DNA of 64,000 nt. It comes from Chlorokybus atmophyticus. Lineage: Eukaryota > Plantae > Mesostigma and Chlorokybus algae. Location: positions 1 through 64,000 of the forward strand of contig RHPI01003533.1 in NCBI GenBank assembly GCA_009103225.1. Direction: 5' to 3'. Position numbers and translations under genes: made by a program. Shown here in pieces: positions 24,275 through 33,910 of this stretch (position 1 is its first letter; the number at the start of each line of letters is the position of its first letter). The notes under the pieces were generated by a model. That model was not told the DNA's origin. It did not search any database and saw only the letters and a list, made by a program, of their open reading frames with translations.

Positions 24275-26392
24275 TTGGAGCGTGTTCGAGCCATGCTCAA
24301 CGACACAAAGATGGAAGACAGTCTGTGGAAGGAGGCGGTACTCACTGCCAACTACATCCGCAACAGATCGCCGGTGAGCTCAGAGCAGAAGACTTCGTGG
24401 GAGCACTTCTATGGAGCCACACCAGATGTGAGTGGTATGCGTGTGTTTGGATGCACGGCATATGCACTAGTGCCCAAACAGCTCAGGCACAAGCTGGAGC
24501 CGGTCAGCAAGAAGGGCATCTTCGTTGGCTATGAACCGGGTTCCAAGGCTTACAGGATCTTGCTCGAGGACACTCAGAAGATCATCGCGAGCAGAGAGGT
24601 GGTTTTCCACAAGGGATTATCACAACCAGAAGCAGGCTTCTTTCCTCGAGATGAAGATGAAGCACAGCCGGAGGAACTTCCTACGAAAGGGGGAGTTGCA
24701 GGCAAGGCCATCATCGACGATAAGGGTGAGCAGGACTATATTGTAGCAGACAAGCAGTCGCACCTGCAGCAGGAGCACGCAGCTCGGAGATACCCAGTGA
24801 GGGAGAGAAAGGCACCTGACTTCCTACACAAGGCACATGTCGCCAGTGTGCAGAATGAGGAGCCAAACACCTACGAGGAGGCATTTTTAGCACCAGATGC
24901 GGAGCAATGGCAGCGTGCTATGGACGAGGAGATCGCGTCACTCCATGCCAACAACACTTGGTCATTAGAGCAAATACCGCAAGGAGTGAAGACCATTCCA
25001 GTGAAATGGGTCTTCAAGGTGAAGCATGATGGTCAGGGCAACATTGAGTGCTACAAGGCAAGACTGGTGGCAAAGGGCTTCTTGCAGCAGGAAGGTGTGG
25101 ACTTCAACGAAGTGTTTGCACCTGCAAGTAAGCATACCACCTTCCGTGCACTGCTAGCTATGGTTGCTGCTGAAGACCTAGAGCTGCATCACCTGGATGT
25201 GAAGACTGCCTTCCTCTACGGAGAGTTGGAGGAGGAGATCTTCATCGAGCAACCACCTGGATATGAAGAAGGGGAGAGAGGCACAGCGTGCAAGCTGATC
25301 AAGGCACTATACGGGCTGCGACAGGCACCGCGTATGTGGCACATCAAGCTCACCAAGGAGCTGGAGGCACTTGGCTTCATCGCATCCTCTGCAGACCCTG
25401 GGCTCTTCATCCATGCAGACAACAAGGTCCGGTTGCTCGTGTATGTTGATGATATCATCATCACCGCCAGGCAGGTGCACCACCTGCAGGAGACGAAACT
25501 TGCTCTACAGCAAGCATTCTTAGTTCGTAATCTTGGAGAGGCCAAGTGGTTCCTTGGCATGGTGATTGAGCGCGACAGGGCTACACGCACAATCAAGATC
25601 AGTCAGGAGCAGATGGTAAGAAGACTCGTCACCAAGTTCGGGCTCACTGAAGCGAAGACCGAGACCACACCGTTGGCACTTGGCACTGCCCTCATCAAGG
25701 CAAAGGACGAGGAGGTACTCGACAAGGCTCAGTATCCATATGGTGAGCTGGTAGGCAGCATGCTCTATCTGGCAGTGTGCACACGTCCCGATGTTGCACA
25801 TGCTGTGGGAGTACTTGCTCGCTACATGTCTGCACCGAGCATGGAGCACTGGAGAGCAGCAAAGGGAGTACTACGCTATGTTGCTGGGAGAGCAACAGTT
25901 GGCATCAAGTTTGGGAGCGGGAGCACTGAGTTGGAGGGCTACTGCGACTCGGACTTTGCTGGTGACCTTAACAGCAGGAGGTCCACTACAGGCTACGTCT
26001 TCAAGCTGAACAGAGGCGTGGTGAGCTGGAACAACAGGCTGCAGCCAACAATAGCAGCATCTACATCAGAGGTTGAGTACATGGCAGCGGCAGCAGCAGT
26101 AAAGGAGGCACTCTGGCTTCGCAAGCTCATGGCAGACTTGGAGCACCCCATGGCGTGCATCGTCATCAAATGTGACAACCAAGGAGCCATCAAGTTGTTG
26201 AAGCACCCTATCGCCTCAGCAAGGACGAAGCATATTGATGTCATGCATCACTTTGTGCGTGACAGAGTCACAAGGAAGGAGGTGGAGTTCCCGTACTGCA
26301 ACACTGAGGGCATGCTGGCGGACTTCATGACAAAGCCATTGTCACCGCTCAAGTTCAAGACTTATTGCGCAGGACTTGGCATCTGTGTTTAA
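24275..26392 (+). CDS. pol: Copia-A pol fragment (IN C-terminus, RT, RNase H), open
   Basis: 705-aa ORF nearly identical to the matching part of 10570-12680. Confidence 0.93.
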   Translation: MERVRAMLNDTKMEDSLWKEAVLTANYIRNRSPVSSEQKTSWEHFYGATPDVSGMRVFGCTAYALVPKQLRHKLEPVSKKGIFVGYEPGSKAYRILLEDTQKIIASREVVFHKGLSQPEAGFFPRDEDEAQPEELPTKGGVAGKAIIDDKGEQDYIVADKQSHLQQEHAARRYPVRERKAPDFLHKAHVASVQNEEPNTYEEAFLAPDAEQWQRAMDEEIASLHANNTWSLEQIPQGVKTIPVKWVFKVKHDGQGNIECYKARLVAKGFLQQEGVDFNEVFAPASKHTTFRALLAMVAAEDLELHHLDVKTAFLYGELEEEIFIEQPPGYEEGERGTACKLIKALYGLRQAPRMWHIKLTKELEALGFIASSADPGLFIHADNKVRLLVYVDDIIITARQVHHLQETKLALQQAFLVRNLGEAKWFLGMVIERDRATRTIKISQEQMVRRLVTKFGLTEAKTETTPLALGTALIKAKDEEVLDKAQYPYGELVGSMLYLAVCTRPDVAHAVGVLARYMSAPSMEHWRAAKGVLRYVAGRATVGIKFGSGSTELEGYCDSDFAGDLNSRRSTTGYVFKLNRGVVSWNNRLQPTIAASTSEVEYMAAAAAVKEALWLRKLMADLEHPMACIVIKCDNQGAIKLLKHPIASARTKHIDVMHHFVRDRVTRKEVEFPYCNTEGMLADFMTKPLSPLKFKTYCAGLGICV

Positions 26393-26434
26393 CTACAGGA
26401 GCAAGTGTTGGAGGTCAAGCTGCTCGCGTGGGAG

Positions 26435-26857
26435 TGTTGAGAGTCATTCCTACATACGATCAGCATCGACCCTCCACACAGGAGTAGAAGGTCGTAAGGA
26501 CGAGCACTAGGTCCGGACTTAGCAAGATGGTGTCATCGGACCAGACTCCGGACTCCCGACTGGAGCCTTACTAACTGCTTTGTATCTCCGCGTATACTTA
26601 CTCATATTAGGCGTGTAAGAGCTTGTTGGAAAGCTCTGGTTGTAAGGAAGACAACACAGCTTAGAGCGCGTCAAGGCTGAGTATAGCTTATGCAGTGCTT
26701 GCAAACGTAGACGTGTGCGTAACTGGCTGGTATAAGAACCAGCGGACAACTTGTAATAGATGAATGTGATGTGACTTGTGTATGCTCTGGTGGCGGTAGC
26801 TCTGTCTCTGTGTGTGTATGCTTGCCTCAACTACATATGCATGCTAGTCCTTCAACA
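26435..26857 (+). repeat. Copia-A 3' LTR
   Basis: TGTTGAGAG...CCTTCAACA after PPT GCGTGGGAG; reverse complement of the 10100 and 14588 LTRs. Confidence 0.95.
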
Positions 26858-27524
26858 ATACCCTTACAGCATTCTTGTTGGGAGGTTGCTGTACTTGTCA
26901 GTCAGCACTAGACCTGACATTACCCGTTCCGTAGGAATTTTCGCCAGGTTTATGTTTGCACCTACCTTGGAGCACAAGAAGGCTGCAAAGGCTTGTTTGC
27001 GCTATGTGGCTGGGACTTCCAGTGTTGGCATTACTTTTTCTTATGGGCTTACAGTCCAAAAGGGTTGCGGCAATGCAGATTATGCAAGTGACCTTGACTC
27101 CGGGCGGTCTACTACTGGCTACGCATTCTTGTTGAATGGTGGAGTCGTGAGTTGGAGCAGCAAGCTTCAACCCATTGTTGCAGTTTTTACTGTAGAGGCT
27201 GAGTATATAGCTGCATCCCAAGCAGTCAAGGAGGGGCTTTGGTTGCGCAAGCTAGTTGCAGACTTGGGTCTAGACTAAAGTATCATCCCCATGCACTGTG
27301 ACAACCAAGGAGCTAGCAGACTTCTGTAGCACCCCATTGTTTTATTTAAATCCAAGCGCATGAATGTCATGCAGCACTTTGTGCGGGAGCGCGTCTCTCG
27401 TGGTGAGGTGGAGTTCAGGTTTTGCAAGACATGCTTACAGACTTTACGACAGAGTCTTCAACACCTTACAAGTTCCACACCTGCTGCGAAGGTCTAGGCA
27501 TCCACTAAGCTGCCTGCGTGGGAG

Positions 27525-27983
27525 TGTTTGAGTATAGGGCCGCCGTCTCCAGACTCTAGTTAGCTTGGTCTGGCTAAGTACTGAATAGTTTTGTACTTAG
27601 CAATATATTGGAGTATTGAACATGGCTCTGCCGCCTCCAGACTCCAAACAGCTTATTCTGGCTAAGTATTCAATAGATGCGTACTTAGCAGACTCCAGAC
27701 CTGCACCAGGCAGTTCTGACAGTCCCGGCAGTTTCGATGGTTTATGGCTGTATTAGGGTTTTATGTTGACCGAACTAACTTGTATGACTACTTGGTAGTT
27801 AGAAAGGTTATTTGGGTATAAGAGGACGCCCATGCACATTTTTGATGGTTCACTTTCACTTGTGCTTGAGTCTGGTGGCGGCAAGGCCTGATTCTGGCGT
27901 GGTTTGACTAGTCGATCTGCTTGCACAGACTGTCCAAGGGTGTTGTGTTGTGTATTCACGCCTAGATAGCTTACATTACAACA
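27525..27983 (+). repeat. Copia-B 3' LTR
   Basis: TGTTTGAG...TACAACA; clearly homologous to 20148-20634 but substantially diverged. Confidence 0.87.
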
Positions 27984-28045
27984 CGGTTCCCTACAAAGAC
28001 CAAGCTGCAGTTCAGGAGGGGCAATATCAGGTGGCCACTTGAGTA

Positions 28046-29460
28046 GTGGAGATCCACGTGTTCCGCCGACAACAAGGCATCACCGTGCTGGAGCTGTTTG
28101 CAGGAATACGTAGTGGCCTCGCCGCTGTCCTCATCATCGGCGCAACGGTCACCAGGTACCTCTACTATGACCCTGATCCAAACGCACGGATTGCCATGAG
28201 CCACCACTTGCGCCACCTACACAAGTGCTACCCGCAACAGCTGCCACTATCAGCACTGCAAGGCAGTTAAAAGGCACTGCCAAAGGACATCCATTTAATC
28301 ATTGCGGATCATCTCCTGGCGGTGCAACATCAACCTATTGATAGTAGGAAGGGAGTGTCAAGGACACTCCAGAGCAGGTAGAGTCCAAGGATTCTCTGAT
28401 CCTCGCTCACAACTGTTCTGGGATCTGATACGTGTTATCAAACTCTTGCAAAGTAATTAAATTTCTAGTCCCTTACAGCACATCATCGAGAACGTGCACT
28501 CCGAGGACTATAAGCGTCATAACGTAACCAACAGCTTTCAACATGGGTGCTCCTTGCTGGGGCATCCTCTCAAAATCAACAAAGCGCGTCGTGAATCCCG
28601 TACTCTGCGCGTCCGCACCAAGTGAACCAACCTGGCAACAGTCGAGGATCTCTTTGCAGCTGAATATCTGCACAGCAGTCGACCACATGATCTTACAGTC
28701 GACGCTATCATGGACTCTGGGCGCACAGCACAGCCGGCTGCACGAAACGGTCACTAGCACTTCATTCAGTGCAACCAGCCAAGGCAACCGCCCCGTGTGT
28801 TCCCCACTCTGGTGTCTTACCCAGGTTTATACGCCTTCCGCGATGGAGGCGACGGCATGGTGTTGAATTCCAACACAGGTCGATTAGAGGAGCCCAATGC
28901 TCGTGATGGGATTCTCTTCAGGCAGTATTTGTTAAAAGTATTCCTACATACGATCAGCATCGACCCTCCACACAGGAGTAGAAGTTCGTAAGGACGAGCA
29001 CAAGGTCCGGACTTTGCAAGACAGCACCATCGGACCACACTCCGGACTCCAGACTGGAGCCTTACTAACTGCTTTGTATCTCCTCGTACACTAACTCATA
29101 TTAGGCGTGTAAGTGCGTGTTGGAAAGCTGTAGTTGTAAGAAAGACAGTGCAGCTTAAAGCGCGTCAAAAGGCTGAGTATAGCTTACGCAATGCTTGCAA
29201 ATGTAGACGTGTATGTAACTGGCTGGTACAAGAACCAGCGAACAACTGGTAATAGATGAATATGATGTGACTTGTGTATGCTTTGGTGGCGGTAGCTCTG
29301 TCTATGTGTGTCCATGCTTGCCTCAGCTACATGTGCATGCTAGTCCTTCAACAGTACCACAGGTTCCATGCTAACCGACAGTCAGCAGTGTTAGCTGTTG
29401 GGGCGCGCCATGGACAAAAACAGCATGGTGTGGTTGTTGAAGATGTGCTTTGCTCTCCAA
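28046..29460 (+). pseudogene. C5 DNA methyltransferase domain inside the Gypsy polyprotein (decayed, split by a solo LTR)
   Basis: Motif I GITVLELFAG (28076-28105); motif IV LLIVGRECQGHSRAG (Cys 28356-28358) then FSDPRSQLFWDL; motif VI HIIENV (28479-28496); motif VIII LRVRTK*TNL; RVFPTLVSYPG...EEPNA; motif X LLGRAMD (29395-29415). Confidence 0.88.
28930..29353 (+). mobile_element. Copia-A solo LTR inserted in the DNMT domain
   Basis: TGTTAAAAG...CCTTCAACA homologous to 26435-26857; flanks GTATT / GTACC fit a TSD with two C-to-T changes. Confidence 0.92.
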
Positions 29461-29659
29461 GACCGCCACGTGTCCTTCTAAAATCTCGAACACCTGGCGG
29501 GTGGGGGTAGGCTGATCGCGTTCAAGAGACCAAAGCAGCACACACCGCCCTCGACATCGCCCACATGGAGGAGCAGGCAGCAGTTACTGTGGAAGACATT
29601 GCAGTGGTCGCCAATGCTACCTCTTGCTCCCATGCCATTGGACCACTGGAATGTCCTCC

Positions 29660-32300
29660 ATAGACGCGAGAACAACTCGAGGCTCTCCTCAACAAGTGGA
29701 GGAGTCAAGTCAGTTTTGGCGTGAAGGAACTGGACATCTGCTCAATCTACCAGATGGACATTGAGTTGGTGAACATCAAACCGGTGTTCCAACGATAGTA
29801 CCGACTCTCCAAGTTGGCAGAAGACTTGGTGGAGCAGAGGTGCAAGGCTCTGTTAGATGCAGGCCTGATTGAGGAGTCCACATCGGACTTTGCGGCCGCG
29901 ATCGTCATTCCCTTCAAAAAAGAATTTACTAGGCAGTTCGACAGATGGCGTATGTACTGGCGGTAACTACCGCCCCCTCAACCACAACACCAAGCAAGAC
30001 GGGTATTCAATGCCTACTGTAGAAGGTATTTTTAATGATGTAGAAGACTATACCATCTTTGATATCTTTGACATGCGCCAAGGGTACAATCAGATCGCTA
30101 TAAAGGAGGAGGACAAGCACAAGACCTCTTTCAGGGGCAACCGGCGGCTGCACCAATGGAAGGTCATGCCCTTCGGACTGAAGAATGCTCCTGCCAAGTT
30201 CTAGCGCGTGGACAAAGCCTTGAAAGGGCTGGACTTTGCGCGACGCTACATTGACGACATCTTCATCTTCAGCCGCAGCAACGAAGAGCATCTACAGCAC
30301 ATCGAGGAGGTGCTGGAGAGACTCAAGGGGGTGGGGATGACTGTGCACCCCGACAAGTGCACCTTCTTCATTCACAAGATACCCTACCTGGGGCACATTA
30401 TTGTGCCCCACGGTATGTACGTACAGCATGCAAAGGTGGAAGCCCTGGCAGCTATCTCTGCTCCAACGGACCTTACGCGCCTGCGCGCCTTCTTGGGCCT
30501 TGCCAATTACTATCGCCGGTTCGTGAAGGACTTCGCAAAGATCGCGCGGCCTCTCACAGAGCTCCTGAAGAAAGAAATGGAGTTTGCGTGGAAGGAGCCA
30601 TAGCAGCAGGCTTATGAGGAGCTCAAGAGCAGGCTCACCACAGCTCCCATCCTTCAACGCCCTGATTACACTAAGCCCTTCATCCTCCACACCGACTGGA
30701 GCAAGCTCAGGATGGGGGCTGTGCTGGTTCATCGTAATGAGAACAAGAAGGAGCGGGTGGTGTCATACGCCAGCCGAAGCAACAACCGCGCCGAGGCCAA
30801 CCACAGCAGGTACGAGGGGGAGTGCCTCGCTGCAGTGCGGGCTATCTCCTTCTTCCAACCTTTCCTCTTCTGTCGACAATTTCAGCTACTCACCGATCAT
30901 CAGCCACTCAAGTGGTTGATGACCAACCAACATCTGACAGGGAAACTTGCTCGCTGGGCCCTGCTGTTGCAGGAGTATGACTTCGAGATCGACCACCGCG
31001 CCGGTCTTACCAATCAAGATGCCGATGGCCTCATACATAACCCTCACCTCAGCACCAACGATGCAACCGGAGCTCGACATGAGCTCGGCCCTGCAGCAGC
31101 AGCTCCCACCGTGGCAGCCATGTTTGCTGCTGCCGCGTTACACTCAGGGCGCAAGACCAACACACTGCCACATCAACGGCGGAGGAGATTCCTGCCCTCG
31201 AGTCTACCGGCTCCACAGTGACCACACCCGTAGGGGACGCCCACGCGGTCAATATTAAAGTCGATGACCTTGAGCTGGCACCCACCGACACCAGGCAGGA
31301 CATATAGCTGGACAAGCCATCACTCTCCTTCCTTCAAAGTGGCTAACTTCCCTCCGATATGAGTGCACGAGAGAGAGCGCGTCAACCAATGCACCTGCCA
31401 CTAACGGTGGGCAGGCGACAAGCTGTGTTGCCGCTTCCATGACGAAGACAAGGAGGTGCCGACACCAGCCACACGCGAGGGCATCATCACTGTCCTCCAC
31501 ACTGAGCTTGGACACTTCGGTGTCAAGCGTACAGTCAGCCTGATAAGGGCGCAATATTGATGGTATGGGTTGTCCAAGCAGGTGCAGGGGTTCGTCAGTC
31601 ATTGCCAACAGTGTGACATGGTGCGCGCCAGCCTCAACACGCGCAGCGCCACCTTGCACCCACTCCCTATTGCCGGGCTGTTCTATCGTTGGGGACTCGA
31701 CATCTTGGGAGAGTTGGCACCCTCAGCACGTGGCAACCGTTACATCCTGATCATGATCGAGCACTTCTCCAAATGGGTGGAGCTGGTGCCACTACCCGAC
31801 AAAAGCAGCAGGGGGGTGTCCCAAGCCTTCCTCTCCATGTCCTCAGCCGGTTCGGCAGCTGCGCTGAGGTTATCACCAGCCAAGGCACTGAGTTCAAGGG
31901 GAGTTCGACACCCTTTCTGACAGATGCTATGTCGATCATCGCCGTACTTCGCGTGACCACCCCCAAGCCGACGGTCTCGCCGAGCGCACAGTGCAGACCA
32001 TCAAGAAGGCACTCCGCAAGTACGTGCTGGAGTATGAGAAGAACACCTGGGATGACCACCTTCCGTGGGTGGCCCCTGGATACCGATTGTCAAAACAGGC
32101 GGCTCTACGCGAGTACAGCCCATACTACCTGCTGTTCGGCCGTCCGCCATTTGTTTGTTTTCGTGCACAGCACGAAGTAGATCGTGTGGTGAACAACCTC
32201 GACGATCCCGACTGGATGCACTACGACATTACCATACGCACCGCGCTGTTCGAGCGCACCGTCCCTAGGCCTTCAACAACCTACGCATCGCGCAGCACTG
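29660..32300 (+). pseudogene. pol: Gypsy RT, RNase H and integrase, degenerate
   Basis: NYRPLN, FDMRQGY, MPFGLKNAP, YIDD, LRAFLGLANYYRRF, LHTDWS, YEGECLA, LLTDHQPL, WGLDILG, IEHFSKWVE, KKALRKY. Confidence 0.93.
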
Positions 32301-32592
32301 CGACACTCTGCGATACGAGTGCGTGCGCAGCGGCTTCTACAAGGAGCGCCAATGGCGGTTTCAAGCAGGGGACTTTGCCTACCGCATGGCAGCTATCAAG
32401 GACACGCTCGACACCTCTGTGGGCCGCACCGTCTACAAGGTACTCAAGGTGTACCCCACAGGGGTGCTGGACCTCCTCGACGAAAAAAAATGGAGAGAGG
32501 TTGAAAGACAACATGGTAAACTGCGCGCCATGTCACCTCCCTTACGTAGATGGCTTTGGCACATCCAGCACCCTCGCCCCGCCCGCAGCACA

Positions 32593-32733
32593 TGCTATGA
32601 ACGCTGCGGCAGCGCCGCCGCCGACGCACTCATGCTGCTCTGCAATGGCTGTAACAAGGGCCTGTATTACTAATGTTTGGAGCCCCCATTTGACGCAATA
32701 CCCATAGAGGAGTATTGGTGCGACGATTGCCGC
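32593..32733 (+). pseudogene. PHD finger at the polyprotein C-terminus
   Basis: CYERCGSAAADALMLLCNGCNKGLYY*CLEPPFDAIPIEEYWCDDCR, a C4HC3 pattern with the His lost and one stop. Confidence 0.85.
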
Positions 32734-32959
32734 GCCAACGGCCCTCCTCACTGGTGTTAGCAGCTGAGCCCTGGAGCTGGAACTTCCCTAGAAGCTCAGG
32801 GGGGGTAGCTTGTTGACTGTGTGTTGTACAGCACAGCATGTACACTAAGGAGGACACCGACTCCACATGTCCGTATTACTCAGCAGCAGCGGAGCACCTC
32901 CACAAAGCACTTGTCGCCATAAGAGCTTGATTATCTTTTGCACACGGATTGACGTTCAA

Positions 32960-33590
32960 GGACCAGGTATGGTCCTTTCACGGACCCCCAGGACCATGCA
33001 TGGTCCGTATCCCGCGGGCCAGGACTGCCTGGTCCGCGAGCGACGGACCATTCCTGGTCCGTTCGGGGTCCCGAATCCTGGTGCGCAGTCACGCACCAGA
33101 TGTGGTGCGTGGCTGGACCAGACATATTACCGGTCCTACTGGCCGCGAAAGACTGGACCATACACGGTCTGCAGCCGGACCAGGCATATTGCCGGTGCGA
33201 CTGTCAATGGGTGTACGGACCATGCGTGGTTTGGACCACAACAATGCCGGACCATATATGTTGCGGTGAATGAATTCGATGGGACTGGTCCGAACCACAC
33301 TGATTGGGCGGACCGTTGCTGGTGCACGCTCAGCTTATCGGTCATTTTGGACAAGCAGCACGCACCATACATGGTCTGCTGCCTTAACAAGCTCTTACTG
33401 GTTCAAAATCTAGTAAGTTGTGGACCATTCATGGTCCTTAAGCTAACCAGGCAGCTATTGGTCCAGATTGTCGTATACTTGCGGACCGTATATGGTCCTT
33501 GACTTAACCAAGCTCTTCCTTGTCCGAAGGTCTGGGAGAGTACGGACCATGCGTGGTTCTAGGTTGGTCCGCAGAACAGTGATTGGGACC
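32960..33590. repeat. Dense array of GGWCC motifs and GGACC-N6-GGTCC palindromes, probably transposon subterminal repeats
   Basis: About 26 exact GGACC/GGTCC in about 630 bp, including perfect GGACCATGCATGGTCC at 32991-33006. Confidence 0.85.
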
Positions 33591-33910
33591 ATCGCTGATG
33601 CACGCTTAGCTCCTTGACAGTCGCACCATGCATGATGCGACTGTCAAGGGTAAGTCTTCATGGCAGCCTCTAGTAACCGTCGATCCAAGCTTATTGAACG
33701 GTGTGCAGTTACTCCATAGAGTCAAGCACCTTGCATGGTGCGACTGTCAACTCACGTGCATGGGCTTAGAGTACCGTGGTCTGTGCAGTAGGGTTTTACC
33801 GCTTAGTGAGGTGGCGCCGGCGGAGGGAGCAGGCGGCGGTGCTCTTGTTGGTGGCGGCGGCGGCGGCCTCTTGGCGGTGTACTTGGTGGACGAATGCTGG
33901 CGCAATATCA

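Larger units (their letters stand above)
24108..26857 (+). mobile_element. Rearranged Copia-A derivative with inverted U5 ends, flanked by a 5-bp TSD
   Basis: ATACC at 24103-24107 and 26858-26862. Left end (24108 to about 24245) is the reverse complement of the LTR 3' end; right end is a normal 3' LTR. Confidence 0.9.
20810..27508 (+). pseudogene. Copia-B gag-pol with many stops and frameshifts, split by the Copia-A derivative
   Basis: Fragments WVLDSGANRH, LWHRRFGH, HIDVCGP, KTAFFYG, YVDD, STTGY; RT reads NRTQY|PYSILVGRLLYL across the 24108-26857 insertion. Confidence 0.9.
20148..27983 (+). mobile_element. Ty1/Copia family B, old and degenerate, nested in the Gypsy element
   Basis: 5-bp TSD CGGTT at 20143-20147 and 27984-27988; diverged LTR pair; PBS variant GGTTATTGACCCA at 20635; PPT GCGTGGGAG before 27525. 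Confidence 0.93.
16060..32810 (+). mobile_element. Decayed Ty3/Gypsy element with gag-PR-DNMT-RT-RH-IN-PHD polyprotein, interrupted by nested Copia insertions
   Basis: Domains are collinear on one strand. Removing 20148-27983 (TSD CGGTT) and 28930-29353 (TSD GTATT/GTACC) restores continuous coding sequence. PPT-like AGGGGGGG at 32798-32805. LTR pair not identified. Confidence 0.88.

Noticed and set aside
32867-33502. 211-aa ORF over the GGWCC array
   Set aside because: Gly-Pro/Trp-Thr richness follows from the DNA motif; no protein family signal.
32960-33590. CRISPR-like array
   Set aside because: No constant repeat length or regular spacers, no cas genes, and the context is eukaryotic.
32843-33808. 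CACTAAG ... CTTAGTG as a TIR pair
   Set aside because: Only 7 bp match and no flanking TSD.
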